A stretch of 64,000 nucleotides of DNA from Schizosaccharomyces osmophilus (Eukaryota). Both the position numbers and the translations under genes were made by a program. Below are positions 36,025 to 49,281 of the stretch, piece by piece; position 1 is the first letter of the stretch; every line of letters begins with the position of its first letter. The DNA is taken from the NCBI RefSeq assembly GCF_027921745.1, contig NC_079239.1, forward strand, positions 3,100,001 through 3,164,000, read 5' to 3'. The notes below the pieces were generated by a model, which saw only the letters and a program-made list of their open reading frames with translations, was not told the origin of the DNA and made no database searches.

Positions 36025-37311
36025 ATGAGCAAAAAAGTAGAAGCTGACAAGAGGAACCCTAAAAAGTTTCAATATGAATTTTTTGGGCCCATTGGTGCTG
36101 CTATCATAGTTGTGCTTACAACGACTGTAGTCTTTGGACTTTACTTTGGTTGCAATGAAAATGGTTGTCCAGCACATCCTCAAAAGATACTCTCCATGAT
36201 TCAGAATGCAAAGTTTATCGATGTGTATTCATTTCAGCTGTACCTATGCTGGCTAGGAGCGCTTATTCTGGCCTGGCACTTTTTGCCAGGAGAGTGGGTG
36301 AAGGGCGTGCCTATAGATGAAAAGGGAACTCGTTTGCAATACAAGATGAATGGATTCGCCACTATTAGTCTTGTTTTGGGAATCGCTAGCGGGTTTATAT
36401 ACATGAAAGGGCCTGAATGTATGGAATTAATCTGGAGTCGATTTCTACCTTTGATGACCTCTGCTTATGTCGTTTCCATTTTGATTTCTTTCTACTGCTA
36501 TATTTCTAGTTTCATCGGTCAAAAGCATTTGGCCGAAGGTGGTAATTCGGGAAATTTATTGTATGATTGGTTTATTGGGCGATTATTGAATCCTCGCATA
36601 GGAAATTTCGATATCAAAGTCTTTTCTGAATTGAGACCTGGTTTAATTCTATGGATTGTCTTTGACATTGCATTTGCATGCAGGCAATACGTTATGCTGA
36701 ATGGACGAATCACCGATAGCATGGTTTTAGTACTCGTTTTCCATTCCTGGTATGTTTTAGATTCATTCGTTTGTGAAAGCGCTGTTCTGACTACGATGGA
36801 TGTGACCACCGATGGCTTCGGCTATATGCTTTGTTTCGGTGATTTGGTTTGGGTGCCGTTTACCTATGGTCTCCAAGCCCGTTATTTGTCTTATTATCCT
36901 GTGGACCTTGGGGTTGGCTTTACTACCGCAATTATATTTCTCCAATTGCTAGGGTACTATATCTTCCGAGGATCCAACAGCCAAAAAAATGAGTTCCGCA
37001 ATAACCCTACTGATCCAAGTGTCAAGAACTTGAAGTACATCCAAACCAAGCGTGGGACCAGACTTTTGATTGATGGATGGTGGGGAAAGTCTCGCCATAT
37101 GAATTACTTTGGAGACTGGTTGATGGCCTGGGCTTGGTGTTTACCAGTAGGATTTGGATCCGCTATTCCATACTTTTACGTTGCTTACTTTGCAGTGCTG
37201 TTGTTACACAGATATGGAAGAGATGATCACAAATGCAGAGAGAAATATGGAGACGATTGGAAGAAGTACTGTCAAGTCGTCAAGTACCGCATTATTCCTT
37301 ATATTTATTGA
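36025..37311 (+). CDS. erg24: C-14 sterol reductase
   Basis: YEFFGPIGA, GNSGNLLYDWFIGRLLNPR, TTMDVTTDGFGYML, LLIDGWWGKSRHMNYFGD and KYRIIPYIY. Confidence 0.95.
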   Translation: MSKKVEADKRNPKKFQYEFFGPIGAAIIVVLTTTVVFGLYFGCNENGCPAHPQKILSMIQNAKFIDVYSFQLYLCWLGALILAWHFLPGEWVKGVPIDEKGTRLQYKMNGFATISLVLGIASGFIYMKGPECMELIWSRFLPLMTSAYVVSILISFYCYISSFIGQKHLAEGGNSGNLLYDWFIGRLLNPRIGNFDIKVFSELRPGLILWIVFDIAFACRQYVMLNGRITDSMVLVLVFHSWYVLDSFVCESAVLTTMDVTTDGFGYMLCFGDLVWVPFTYGLQARYLSYYPVDLGVGFTTAIIFLQLLGYYIFRGSNSQKNEFRNNPTDPSVKNLKYIQTKRGTRLLIDGWWGKSRHMNYFGDWLMAWAWCLPVGFGSAIPYFYVAYFAVLLLHRYGRDDHKCREKYGDDWKKYCQVVKYRIIPYIY

Positions 37312-38927
37312 GATGCATTTACGTTAATAGGAATATAATGAAGCTATTTGAAAATTGTCCCACGAAACCAACTTTTGGGAGGAAAACTCTTTCGATGAAA
37401 GAAAAAAAAAGTAAAAAAGAGTTTTAAAAAGAAAACAGCACTGCATATATTATTCTTTTTTCTGTCGGCTTTGTTCCAATGGACAATGCAGATCCTTTGT
37501 TTACATTTCACCTAACGTAGATCCGTAGATCTTTCATTATATATACAGGATTTACCATCCACCTTGTACTTATCTTCTGTTTGTACCTTTGCAAAAGTTG
37601 AAAGCTAAGAAAGTCGCGCTCTTAATTATATAAAATACAATAAAGAATTGGTTAACCTTGTTTTCTTTTTCTATCGAAATACTGTATATGCGTGCATGAT
37701 TACTCTTTTGAAATTTCAAACCGTTTAAAAAAAGTAGTTTGCTGGACATTTTTATATTACATTCACAGCCCAAGGATTCTTGAAAGGTTCTTCATTAAAT
37801 AAATAAAACAGGTGAAAGTTGGTGTTGTGAGCATTCACTTCTTGTAAACTTCATCTGTTGATTAAACGCTTCTTACTTTCCACGTCTATTTGCCTTCTTC
37901 GTGTCGTGGTTTGAGCAAAAGATAACTGAAACCTCATTGATTATTTAACAATTCGCTTTCGTGTTCTGGGAATTCGTTTTCATATTGCCATTTCCTGCCA
38001 AGCCTTTCAAAGAAGAAAATCAACGACGTTGAATCACGTACAGCGGGACATTAACGCTTTAAACATTCAAAATCCTTTAAAACTTGGTTTTTAACAAGAA
38101 ACGACTCTTGAAATTTGCTCTATTACAATCTATAAGGAACCCCACAAATCGGTTTCTCTTTGTTCAGTTTTGATTCTCCACCCCATATTTCTTTTGTTCT
38201 TTTGTGGACACGACATTTATTGGCTTAATAGTTCTTTGCTAGTGGGGTAAGTTGCTGTTGCATTTCATACGAAAAGCAAGTGAGATTATCTGTCGCAAGC
38301 CGCGTACTTGATTTTTCGATATATATTTCTCTATATCCATCCAAATTTGTTCTGCCGTTTTCATTTGGGAGGCGTATTCCGGAGTGTAAGCAATACCTCA
38401 TTATTAAGAACCGAGTTTTTTAAAATCCGAAGATTTGCCATCTCAGTTCGCTCAGTCATATATCGATTCTAAATCCAGCAAAGGCATTTCGTGGGGGTTT
38501 TTTTTTTTTTTTTTTTTTCTTGGGATTTTCTTTTTGCTAGTTCCTGAGTACAGAATCTTCGCTACTATTCATTATCTACCAAAAACGTGGTGTTTTGGTT
38601 ATTTTCGTTCCTCTACGTACAGTACGTATACACATAGATTGCGGAGGAGCTTTCACCCATTTTCATTCACGTGCCTCCGTCATTTTCTTTGTTGTTTCCA
38701 ATTGAATTAAATCTTCCTTCGGGGTTTTGCTTTAAAAACCGACATCCTCTTTGGTCGTTTTAGCAGCTTTACAGCTGGTTGTTTTAGATTTGATTGTTCA
38801 TTCTAACACATACGCTCTTTTATTTTTTATTTTTTGCATTTTCTAAGCATTTCTTATACATACAATCTTTGGTTGATTTTCGATACATACCCATAGAACC
38901 CCGCTACAAAGAAGAGAAACTCTAAAA

Positions 38928-40259
38928 ATGTCGCATAGTGAAGAATCAACATTTCGCTCTGCGCGAACTGCATCTTCCTTTTCTGGAGAGAATCATGATC
39001 GAAATTCATCATTTTCAAAAAGAAATTTTGGAGCTTCAAAATCCATGGCCACTGGTGGCATTAGTGCGATGATGTCTCGCAAAGGTCAAAACAGTGTCGA
39101 TGGTCGAGCTCAAGATTATGAGACAAAAGACTTGCGGAGATATACGAAGTCATCTCCACCTTCTCAATTAGCACATCCTGTGGATGAGAAGAAGAAAGAA
39201 AATCATTCAATTCCATTGTCGGACCGGGAGAATTTCGATGATCGACGTGGAAGTGTTCCTTCAGATGCAACAAAAGCCATTCCTGGATTCGCACCAGGGA
39301 ATAATTCTTCTACAGTTGTGGATACCCTGTCGACACATTATTTGCCAACGATCTTGTCTACACATGGCTCGCTACCCATTCGGCAATTGATGTCTGTGTT
39401 GGTGGAAACGTATCCAATGTTCAATGCGCTGAGTCCAACGCAACAACGACGGGCGTTGACGAAGGCGCTGGAATCGCAAAAGGGAGTTATGTTTGACAAG
39501 GTGGGATGGGGACGTTGGATCCTTCGCGAAACCGGGTCGTCTGCACCTGAATCTGCAACTGTTGAAAGACCCTCGTCGTCTTCTGCGCCCAATGTTAGCT
39601 TTTTCGAAAAGGATCAGCAAAGAGATATGAACATTCCGCAGATATCGACCAGGACGGTTTCCCATATACCAACAAATTCGATGAAAACAAAGCGGGAAGC
39701 TACTGGACCGAAAGACGAAGCGAGAAAGAAGGAAGACGATATGGAGATTGATACGGATATGGATGTGTCGGTGAAACAAACCACCCTGCCGTCTAGAAGC
39801 ACGGTGGTTCAACCCAAAAAGACCAGCAAGGAGACGAGGAGCCAATCGATGCAGACGCCTTTTTCGAGTTTTTTTGCATCGTTGGAGGAGACGCCTGGAA
39901 GCTATACGGCACATTTAGGTGGATTGTTGAGTCCGCGAGAGCAAACGCCATCGTTGTTTCGTGAACAGTACCATGATAATGGAGTATATTATGAAGAAGA
40001 GGATGATGAGGAAGAGGAAAATGACTTTTATGAGGATGATCATGAATATGATCCGGCAATGCCACCGTTTGTGTTGGATGAAGATCAAGTTTTGGATGCA
40101 GGAGGAGAAAGCACAGATGAAGAAGACTGGCGTGGCATTGGAACGGAGGCACTTTTACGGAAAGGAAATGCGGTGCCGTTACGCCGTTCGCCAAAGGGTA
40201 TGTTACGAAAGGATCAAATGGCAGCCGAAGCCATGTTGATGCTTCGCGGATCTATATAA
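38928..40259 (+). CDS. stb3: Stb3/Sin3-binding-like regulatory protein
   Basis: LPTILSTHGSLPIRQL, FDKVGWGRW, ESTDEEDWRGIGTEAL and a terminal AAEAMLML motif. Confidence 0.8.
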   Translation: MSHSEESTFRSARTASSFSGENHDRNSSFSKRNFGASKSMATGGISAMMSRKGQNSVDGRAQDYETKDLRRYTKSSPPSQLAHPVDEKKKENHSIPLSDRENFDDRRGSVPSDATKAIPGFAPGNNSSTVVDTLSTHYLPTILSTHGSLPIRQLMSVLVETYPMFNALSPTQQRRALTKALESQKGVMFDKVGWGRWILRETGSSAPESATVERPSSSSAPNVSFFEKDQQRDMNIPQISTRTVSHIPTNSMKTKREATGPKDEARKKEDDMEIDTDMDVSVKQTTLPSRSTVVQPKKTSKETRSQSMQTPFSSFFASLEETPGSYTAHLGGLLSPREQTPSLFREQYHDNGVYYEEEDDEEEENDFYEDDHEYDPAMPPFVLDEDQVLDAGGESTDEEDWRGIGTEALLRKGNAVPLRRSPKGMLRKDQMAAEAMLMLRGSI

Positions 40260-41962
40260 TGAATGATGATGAAAGCAAAGTTTGAATGACTTGTATAGAA
40301 ATTAGAAAGCGGTGGATGATAATATTAATGGTGATGATGATGATAATGATAATGGTGAAATAAAAAACAGAAGAATGCTATGAGAAGAATCACAAGATAA
40401 AATTATATGATACGACGAAATAGGAGGGAGTAGCATGACTCGATGGAAGGTAGAAATCAGTTGACCTTGGAAAGAGTAGTTGGACGAGGAGCAATATTGG
40501 TGAGGAATGAAAGATAGAAAAGAGAACTTGGTTTAAAAAAAAAAATATCTAGGTTCCAAGATGCAGGGCAGGATGGGAACGTCTGGTTGATTTGGTAGAA
40601 TTAGCGATAGAGAAGCTATTTGCAAAGTGTCGAGGATGATGAAAGATACAAAAAAAAATATAAAAGAGACGCTTTTCAACAGAATAGTGATGATAACAAA
40701 AATACGTTTAGATTTGTTTCATGTAGCAGGTTCATCAACAAAGGCGACATGCATGCAAGGATCTGATGGAGTCATTTAGTAATGAAGGTCCAACGAGTTC
40801 TTTTTTTTTTTTTTAGTATTTACTATCTAATTCTTTCTTTTCCACATTTCTTAACCAAGTATTTCCTACTTCTTTCATTGTTTACTTCACCCATTTATTT
40901 CTCGTTTATTTCCAAGTGTTTGTTTGCATTTCCTTTCCATTGTTTACACCCTTTATTTACTTATTTTTCGTTTGTTTACATTTTCATTTGTTTACTTCCT
41001 ATCTGACTAACGAACCCGACAATTCGCTTTTTTTCTTATCTCGTCCCTTATCTATTCACTTGATAACACATAATGGCAATGATAAGGGCTTCTGCCGAAA
41101 GTGGTGGTCGCAGGGTCAAGTGGGGACCTTGCTTTATAAATGCCAAGGGAGCCCCATCACTTTCGCTTTCTTTCAGTTTTCCATTTTTTTTTGTTCGGAA
41201 AAATCCTTTTTGTTTATTTGTAATTCTATTGTTTTATTGAAATAATTTCTTTTCAAAAGCTTTCTTTTTGTTGGTTGGTGGTGTTAAGTTTTATTTTCTC
41301 TTGCCACAACTGTTTTTTTACTCTGTGTGTTTGTTTCGTCCGAGGATTGCCTGCCTGTCTTATTTACTATATAGGGTGTGATATAACGAGGAGGTAATTT
41401 TTTGACATCATTGACATTCTTTAACGAAGTCGTTATTCCATGCCGAAGCTTTAGTTAGTTCGTACGGCGTAAATTAGGAATTTTCTTCCTCCCACCTATT
41501 TCTCTAAGTGCCATCATAGATTTTGCAAAGAAAGGCTATTGCGTTGGCTATTTGCATTTTTAAAGGAGTTTAAAGACTGAAAACGTGTCTAATACGGCCG
41601 AGTTGGCTCATTTTCTTTAAATTTTCTTGTTTTTTTGGAGTGATTTGGTTTCAACACCTAAAAATTACTTTTTGAGCTTCGTTTCTCGTCGCTGTTCTTG
41701 TTGTCTTGAGATCGTGCTTCTGTTTTAGTCTTTTCCTTTTTGTTATTTTTCTAATTTTTTTTCTTCTTCCCCTTCTCTCCTTTTCCTTATTGCTTTCAAA
41801 TTGCAAACCTTCTCCATTTATTTAGAATCTTCTCTCTCGAACGAACCGTTTTTCTTTTTCTTAAATTCCTCTGCACTAGTACGCTCACTGGTTTTATTCC
41901 GACTTCTTTTTTGATTGTGTGCTTTTTATTGTGTTTCTGTCCTTTTTCTTTTGGTTATAAAA

Positions 41963-43819
41963 ATGGACCCCTCTTCAACGAGTAATCCTTATCCTCACAT
42001 CGCTCAACATCGCCAGCACGCTCTCCCAGGAAATGGAGATGACAAAGTCGACATGTCCAAGGACAATCCATCGGCCTTCGATATGGCTTCCCAAATGTCG
42101 CATGACAAAGGCAGCATCGAGTCGTACTCGAGGTCTTCTTCTTTCGGCACCAAATGCTTAAACGTATTCCGCTCCTATAAACTTGCTCCTGACAATGATA
42201 ACACTGACGTGAAAAATAGTGAAGACTTTTTACAACCTCGTCACTTGCAAATGATTGCCGTCGGTGTTTGCATCGGTACCGGTCTTTACGTCGCCATCGG
42301 AAAATCTCTCAAAAATGCTGGCCCTGCTAGTCTTTTAATTAACTTTATCGTCCTTACTTCTATGATTCTTCCCTTAATTATCTCTCTGGGTGAGCTTTGC
42401 TGTGTATTTCCCAGCCAACCCAGTATTACCATGTATCCAGGCCGTTTGGTCAGTGAAAACCTTGGCTTTGCTTGTTCTTGGCTTTACTACTGTATTTGGC
42501 TTACCACATTGCCTAGTGAAATTTCCGCCGCTGCTGAAGTGGTTGGATTCTGGAAGAGTCAGCATGTTAATATTGCTGTTTGGGTAACGATCTTCTTGGC
42601 CTACGTCGTACTTGTGAACGCCATGGGTGCTCGTGGTTATGGTGAAACTGAATTTTTTAGCTCTTTTCTAAAAGTGCTTTCTATCGTCATCTTCTTCTTT
42701 ACTTCCATCGTCATTAACTGCGGTGCTGCTCCCAATAGTAACGGCTACATTGGTGCGAGATTCTGGCACCACCCAGGAGCTTTCCGAAATGGCTTTAAAG
42801 GTTTCTGCTCTGTCTTTATTTCTTCCGCTTATTCCCTTACAGGTACTGAAAATATTGGTACAGCCGCAGGAAATACCTCCCACCCTCAAAAGGCGATTCC
42901 TAGTGCTGTCAAAAAGGTGTTTTACCGAGTCTTTTTCTTTTACATCGTCACTATTTTCTTGATTACCCTGGTTGTACCCTACGACGATCCTGGACTTGGT
43001 AGTACGAGTCCTTTTATCCTTGCCATCCAAAACGGTGGTATTAGAGTGCTTCCTGATATCTTCAACGCTATTATCCTTGTTTCTATTCTGTCCGTCGGTA
43101 ATAGTGCTGTCTTTGCTGCTTCAAGAAGTGGTATTGCCCTTGTCCGCCAAGGATGGGCTCCTCGTATTCTTGGACGAGTGGACCAGAAGGGTCGTCCTGT
43201 CATTAGTTACTTGATATCCTTTGCTTTTGCGTGCATCAGTTATGCCAATGCTGCTCCTAAGGGAGGTGTTGTTTTTGACTGGGTGTCCTCTGTATCCGGT
43301 GGTGGTTCGTTTTGCATTTGGGGCCTCACATTCTTGTCACACATTCGTCTTAGGCTCAGTATGAAGGCTCAAAACATTCCCGAAACTATTTTGCCTTATC
43401 GATTTGCAGGCAGTCTTTACATGAGTTTTTATGGTCTACTGATCAACTTTTTAGCATTGTGCACTTTGGTGTATATTTCCATTTTCCCTGTCACACATGA
43501 TCCCCCCAATGCCTATGACTTTTTTGTATCCTTCCTCGGCCCTTCGATTTTCATTGTTGGATTGGTAGTTAGCCCAGCAGTTGTGGGATTCAAATATACA
43601 ACGTTGAAAAACATAGATTTAGTCACTGGCCGCTACGACATTGTCGGCATGAAGGGCTTCCGAGCGGATTCTAGTGAAACAGAGCTTGAGCAAAAAGACA
43701 AAGATAGCAATAGCGCTTTTGTGGGACAAAGTTCAGATCTTGAAAAGTCTCCAGAGGCGTATCAAAACAACCGTCCAAAGAGAGGTATTTGGAGCGGTAT
43801 TTATCATATATTGTGTTAG
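41963..43819 (+). CDS. aap1: APC/YAT amino-acid permease
   Basis: LQPRHLQMIAVGVCIGTGLYV, GYGETEF and many TM helices. First ATG at 41963; the symbol comes from recalled synteny. Confidence 0.88.
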   Translation: MDPSSTSNPYPHIAQHRQHALPGNGDDKVDMSKDNPSAFDMASQMSHDKGSIESYSRSSSFGTKCLNVFRSYKLAPDNDNTDVKNSEDFLQPRHLQMIAVGVCIGTGLYVAIGKSLKNAGPASLLINFIVLTSMILPLIISLGELCCVFPSQPSITMYPGRLVSENLGFACSWLYYCIWLTTLPSEISAAAEVVGFWKSQHVNIAVWVTIFLAYVVLVNAMGARGYGETEFFSSFLKVLSIVIFFFTSIVINCGAAPNSNGYIGARFWHHPGAFRNGFKGFCSVFISSAYSLTGTENIGTAAGNTSHPQKAIPSAVKKVFYRVFFFYIVTIFLITLVVPYDDPGLGSTSPFILAIQNGGIRVLPDIFNAIILVSILSVGNSAVFAASRSGIALVRQGWAPRILGRVDQKGRPVISYLISFAFACISYANAAPKGGVVFDWVSSVSGGGSFCIWGLTFLSHIRLRLSMKAQNIPETILPYRFAGSLYMSFYGLLINFLALCTLVYISIFPVTHDPPNAYDFFVSFLGPSIFIVGLVVSPAVVGFKYTTLKNIDLVTGRYDIVGMKGFRADSSETELEQKDKDSNSAFVGQSSDLEKSPEAYQNNRPKRGIWSGIYHILC

Positions 43820-45145
43820 ATCGCGCCTTTTTGTAGCGTTGGCACTTATGTAAATGTGCATGTTTTCCATGGATTCGGAAAAAAGCATATATAATATATG
43901 TATGAGTCGTTTCCGTTGACTTTTTTTTCGTTTTGTTATTTAATCTTTATTTCCATCATGGAAAGTGATCCTTTATCTATTTCCCCAAAAATCCTTGTTG
44001 CGAAAACTTGATATTCTTTTCCAGTCAGTGACCAGCTTGGCTTTGGTCGCGAAAATGAATTTCGAAAGAAAAGGGCGAAGAAAAGAAACAAGTGGGAGAG
44101 ATTTTCCCATGTGTGGTTGGAGGGTTTGAATTTATACGACTAAGTTCGTTCAGTTTCTGTATGTTCAAATCTTTTGTAATTAGAGAATTTGTTCTGTCTG
44201 TCGTTCCGGGGTTACCCTGGATACCGAAAGAGAAAGGTGTTTTGGATTTGGTATGTATAGGGTGGGTTCTTTCTCGAAGACTCAGAAGAGAGAATAAAAA
44301 GAATTTTAGAGACTCGACTCGGTACGATGACGATCCATAAAGGAATTAGAAATTTTTATGTTGCCCAGACGAGAATGATATTGGTCTTGTGTTTGTGCAT
44401 GCATATGACAATCTCCACAAACCGACAAAGAACTGTCTAATATCAATTGTAAAACTGAAAGTTCTTTTCTATCTATGTTCGTTTCCTACCCTTGTGTATA
44501 CCTTTGGTTTTTTCAATGCAGAGCAGGATCCCTGCATTCCATAAATCGTTTTCTTCGAGACCCAAATGTAATTTGGGTCGTTATTATTGCTTCATCTTTT
44601 CCAAACGCCTTTTTCGTACATGATTCTACCACCCTTATGAGAACCCGCCGAATGGTTTCTTTGTATGTTTTCCTATGTTTCGTTTACTGTTTGTTATCTT
44701 CCTCTAATTTCTTATATACTTCTTGCTGTTAGTCTCATAAATATGAATTGCTTTTACGATTGATATTGGTGTGTCCATCTATTTATAGAAATTTATTATC
44801 TGAAAGGAGCATGTAATATCACATCAGTGGTAAAGAAATTGAGTGTTATCGTCGATGTTTGAAACCTTTTCTCCAACCTGTTGGATGTACTTATGGGAAT
44901 ACAAAGGAGCTCCTCCAGACTGAAGATTGCTGACGAAATGGGAAGATAGAGGGATGTTAACAAACAATCGTCAATAAATAAACAAACGTTCAAAGGAAAA
45001 CTAGAAACAAAATGAGTAAGTAGTAGAGAAATATAGAGAAGCAAAAAGGATCGTAGAGAAATCTAGGCAGTTTTAAAGCTTGTGTATTCGATTGGTCTGT
45101 AGTCATGGATGGGCGTTTGTAGTTTCTTTCCAGAGAGAAAGATCT

Positions 45146-45175
45146 GAAGGAAGGAAGGAAGGAAGGAAGGAAGGA
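45146..45175. repeat. (GAAG)n microsatellite
   Basis: gaaggaaggaaggaaggaaggaaggaagga. Confidence 0.85.
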
Positions 45176-45253
45176 AACAAGAAATGTACAAAGCTATTCA
45201 TGCGAAAGGAAAGTAAAATAAGTTGTGCTGCCGAGTATCAAGAAGCCTTGAGC

Positions 45254-46280
45254 TTATGCTCTTCGACTCCGGGTGCTTCGTCGAATTGGCGGAGATGGAT
45301 TCGTTGGCTCGGATTGTTTTTGAGCAGCTTGTGTGTTGGAAGACTCCTCTGTTTGCTGCTTCCCGGTGACTTCTGTTTTCTCTTGATTTGCTTGATTTTT
45401 CCTTGTAGAACCGGCATCGTGGTTTTTTGAAGGGGTTGTTGGTTTCATGGTAGAAGAACGCAATTGTTTGGTCGGTGGTTCATCGAAGCTATCCTCATCT
45501 TTTTCCTCTTTTACATCTGGTTCCTCCAAAGGTTCCTGATTACTTTCATGCTTATCAGCAGTAGCAGCAGCAGCAGCAGCAGCGGCTATACTCGATCGAG
45601 TCATCTTTTTCTCGCCCGTGCTACCAGCAATAGGAGTGGATTTCGGAGTGAGGGGTGGATTTGTTGTAGAATGTAAAATAAATTTTGGAAGTTCAAAATC
45701 TGTTTGAGATTCCTCTTTCGCGTCGTCGACTTCTGCATCGCGTTTCCGCTTTTCACCAGCAGACGGTGAAGGAACGGCTTCCTAATGAAAAGGTCTTGTT
45801 AGCAATAGATGAAATAGAATCAGAAATAGCATCTTTCCTACCAATCGCTCAAATTCCTGCAAATTATACAGCGTTTCCACTTTTTCCCAAACGTCTTGCA
45901 CGCGCTTTGTCGATGTTTGACACCCATCATGAATCATTCGTAGCATTCCAATCATATGAAAATGTTTTTTCGTTCCTAAATTAATACGTTAGACAAACGA
46001 CTGCTTCATGCATAGAACCCTCTCGTTTTCTTGACTGCATGGTTGGTTCCCTTGAACATTTGCCATTTCTTGACGGAACAAGCACAAAGTTATTCAGCAA
46101 ACACGATTATCAACAACTCTCTTTCTTACCTACTGGTCGTAATCCTTGGCAAATGGCCTTGAGCAGCAAGGTTTCTTCCATGATGGACCATTCTCGAGAA
46201 GGAGGCAGAGGAGAAGACGGTGTTTTCTCTTCTTCTTTCTGTTGCTTTTGAGGAGAAGTTGATGAAGAATGAACTCCCAT
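45254..46280 (-). CDS. eaf7: NuA4 subunit Eaf7 (MRG-binding), 3 exons
   Basis: Spliced reading WSIMEETLLLKAICQGLRPV/GTKKHFHMIGML...VWEKVETLYNLQEFERL, then a low-complexity tail ending RRSTRSRRA. Confidence 0.85.
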
Positions 46281-47209
46281 AGTGCTCCTTCTTCAAAGCT
46301 TGTTTCTCGATTCCAAAAGTTCTTGTTCTTAACCCTACGTTTTACTCACTGATGTCCTAAAAAAAAAAGGAATTCTTTTTTGCTTGGCAGTTTCAATCAA
46401 TTGAAAATTATGAATACAAAGGAAATCTGAAAAAGGCACAAATCTTCATCCAACTCTAGGAAGGACGTTCAGTCGTACACCCATCGACAAGGCCAAGTCT
46501 TGCTTTCCACTTTTCACCCTCTTCATGGTAGCTACTGTCTTTATCATGAAAAAGTTTGTTTGAAAGAAATGAAAAGAATTTGGCTGGCATTTGCCAGGCA
46601 CCGTTTTTCACCTTTTTGTTCTGCCAAGTTTCTAAAAGAAAACAAAACAGAAAAAACTGACACAGACAAAGAAAACTGCTTTAAGAGGTTAAGTAATTGG
46701 TTTTCGTATCATTGAATTCATTTCCACTCCTTCGAGTAATTTAATTTATTTGTCAATGTTTTTTATGTTTTTCCATCCTGTGTTTGTTTACTTTATAACG
46801 AACGTTACCAAAGTCTAAAATAATTGACCGTATTTTACAAATCCATTCAAGAATATCGCAAACGTTCGTAATATGGATTTCCTGAGGAAATAGAATACCA
46901 TACACCAGAAGGTAAAAATCATTCGGTTTTCCCATTTATTGCCAGTGGAAAGCTGCTAAATGTCAGCCTAGTACTAACGACATCAAGATCATTGGAAAAA
47001 GCGATTGAGTCTTGCGTATTAGGTCCTACAAACCTTGAACGAAAACAGACAACAAATTCAGCAGGATTTCCATTTTTGGTTATTAAGTGAAGCATTGATT
47101 GACCTTGAGAACTACTGTCTTACCGTTTGGGTCTTCTTGAGAAGTTGCCAGTGTTCTCTTTTCTGTTCACATCACATCGCATCCACATTGCTGACCAGAG
47201 CAAAGCAGA

Positions 47210-48855
47210 ATGTTCGAATGGGTGGATGTTCCTTTCGAATGGTTGAGCTCCTTGTTGGGTGTCCCCGGTGACATTATCAAAATCCCATTCTGTTTACTGT
47301 GTTCTTATCCTTTTTCGGGAATCCTCAAGCGCTTGCCTCAAGCTCCTCTGCTCCGTAATGCGTTTTGTATTCTCATTGGTCTTATCTACTTAATTCCTGT
47401 TCACCATTTGACTACTGGTACATATGTTCTCTTGTTCGATGCTTTATTTACTTACTTTACTGCTGCATTGGTCCGCACTTCGTATATGCCATGGATAGTA
47501 TTTTTGGTCATCCTTGGCCATACATTCTACAGGTACGTTTTAATTACACCTTGTTGTGGGTAAACGAACTAACTCTGCAATAGTCATGTAATTCGCTATG
47601 TCTATCCTTCAGATCGTAATGACATTACCGCTTCCCAAATGGTGCTTTGTATGAAATTGACCGCCTTTGCATGGTCTGTGCATGATGGTCGTCAAGCCGA
47701 AAATGTATGCAACCAAAACGAGTCTCGTTTTCCCTTTACAAAAGATGCTAACCATTTTAGGCCTTGTCGGAGTACCAAAAACAACGCCGTTTGAAGAAAA
47801 TTCCTAATCTTCTTTTCTTTCTTGGCTATGTGTTTTTCTTTCCTTCTGTTCTGGTTGGTCCTGCTTTCGATTATGTTGATTACGAGCATTTTATTACTTT
47901 GAGCATGTTTGATCATCCAAGAGATCCTATGGAAACGCAGATTACTCCCCATAGTCTAAAACCCGCTTTGGGTCGCTGCTGGCGTGGCGTTCTTTGGCAC
48001 ATTGGCTTTCTTTTCGGTACCTCTCTATTTCCGCTTAGTTTTCTCTTGGGTCGCGAATTTGCTTCCTTTTCCTTATTGAAAAAGTATGGCTACGTTATAA
48101 TAACGGTTTTTATTGCACGTATGAAATTTTACGGTGCTTGGGAATTGTCTGACGGTGCGTGCGTTCTTTCCGGTATCGGTTATAATGGTGTAGATGAATT
48201 AAAGCGTCCCCGTTGGGATCGTGTCAAAAACATTGACCCCATTGGCTTTGAGTTTGCTAGTAATATCAAGGGCGCCTTAGAAGCTTGGAATATGAATACC
48301 AATAAATGGCTTCGAAATTATGTTTACCTACGAGTTGCCAAGAAAGGAAAACGTCCTGGTTTCAAGAGCACATTAAGCACCTTTACAGTTAGTGCTCTAT
48401 GGCATGGTGTCTCCCCTGGTTACTACATGACATTTGTTTCCGCTGCTTTCATTCAAACCATTGCCAAGTATCATCGGAGATTTTTTCGACCCTTTTTCCT
48501 TCAACCAGACATGAAAACTCCTGGTCCATTCAAAAAGGTTTACGATATCGTTGGCATAGTTGCAACAAACCTCTCCGTTTCTTATCTGATCGTTTCATTT
48601 CTTTTGTTAACCTTGAATGAATCCATTTATGTTTGGAGCAATTTGCACTTTTTGGTTCACATTTATACAATTCTATGTATTGTTGTTTTCAATAGCCCCG
48701 TCAAGGCGAAATTAAATAAAGTACTGAAGAAGCGTACAGAAAAAGCAGAATTTGAAACTTACAAAACCCAAACGAATTTTTCCGATAATGATATGGTTAA
48801 TATGTCTATCCCCGACCCAGAGGATTTTACTCTTGCTCCGTCTACTTCCAAATAG
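47210..48855 (+). CDS. ale1: MBOAT lysophospholipid acyltransferase, 3 exons
   Basis: QMVLCMKLTAF, GPAFDY, WNMNTNKWLRNYVYLR and SALWHGVSPGYY. Confidence 0.92.
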
Positions 48856-49281
48856 TGCTTCCTGCGTCGTTGTTCCATGAAATACATATACGAAGCATGG
48901 TATGGTTCATGAATGACACACTCTTTTTGTGATACATTTCAGCTTCTTCTCGAAACTAGCTTTTGGAACTTGAAAATAACGTATTAATGACTGACTAAAA
49001 AAAATATGATTTTTATTATTTATACCACCAATTCATGATACCTGGTAAAAAATAAAAAAAGAGTCTGTAGTCTAGAAATCAAGCCAAAGTACAATGAATA
49101 TGCCATTTTTTAACAAGAAATCCAATACTAATAACTCTCTTTCCTGCCAAATTCTCGGTTGGCATTCGATGTTTTATCCTATTCCCACCACTGTTAAGTT
49201 AATGAAAACTATTTTACTGTTCAGGGACTTTGTACACTCGTTTTCTTTTAGGCATTTAAGACAGTAAAAGTAATGAACTGA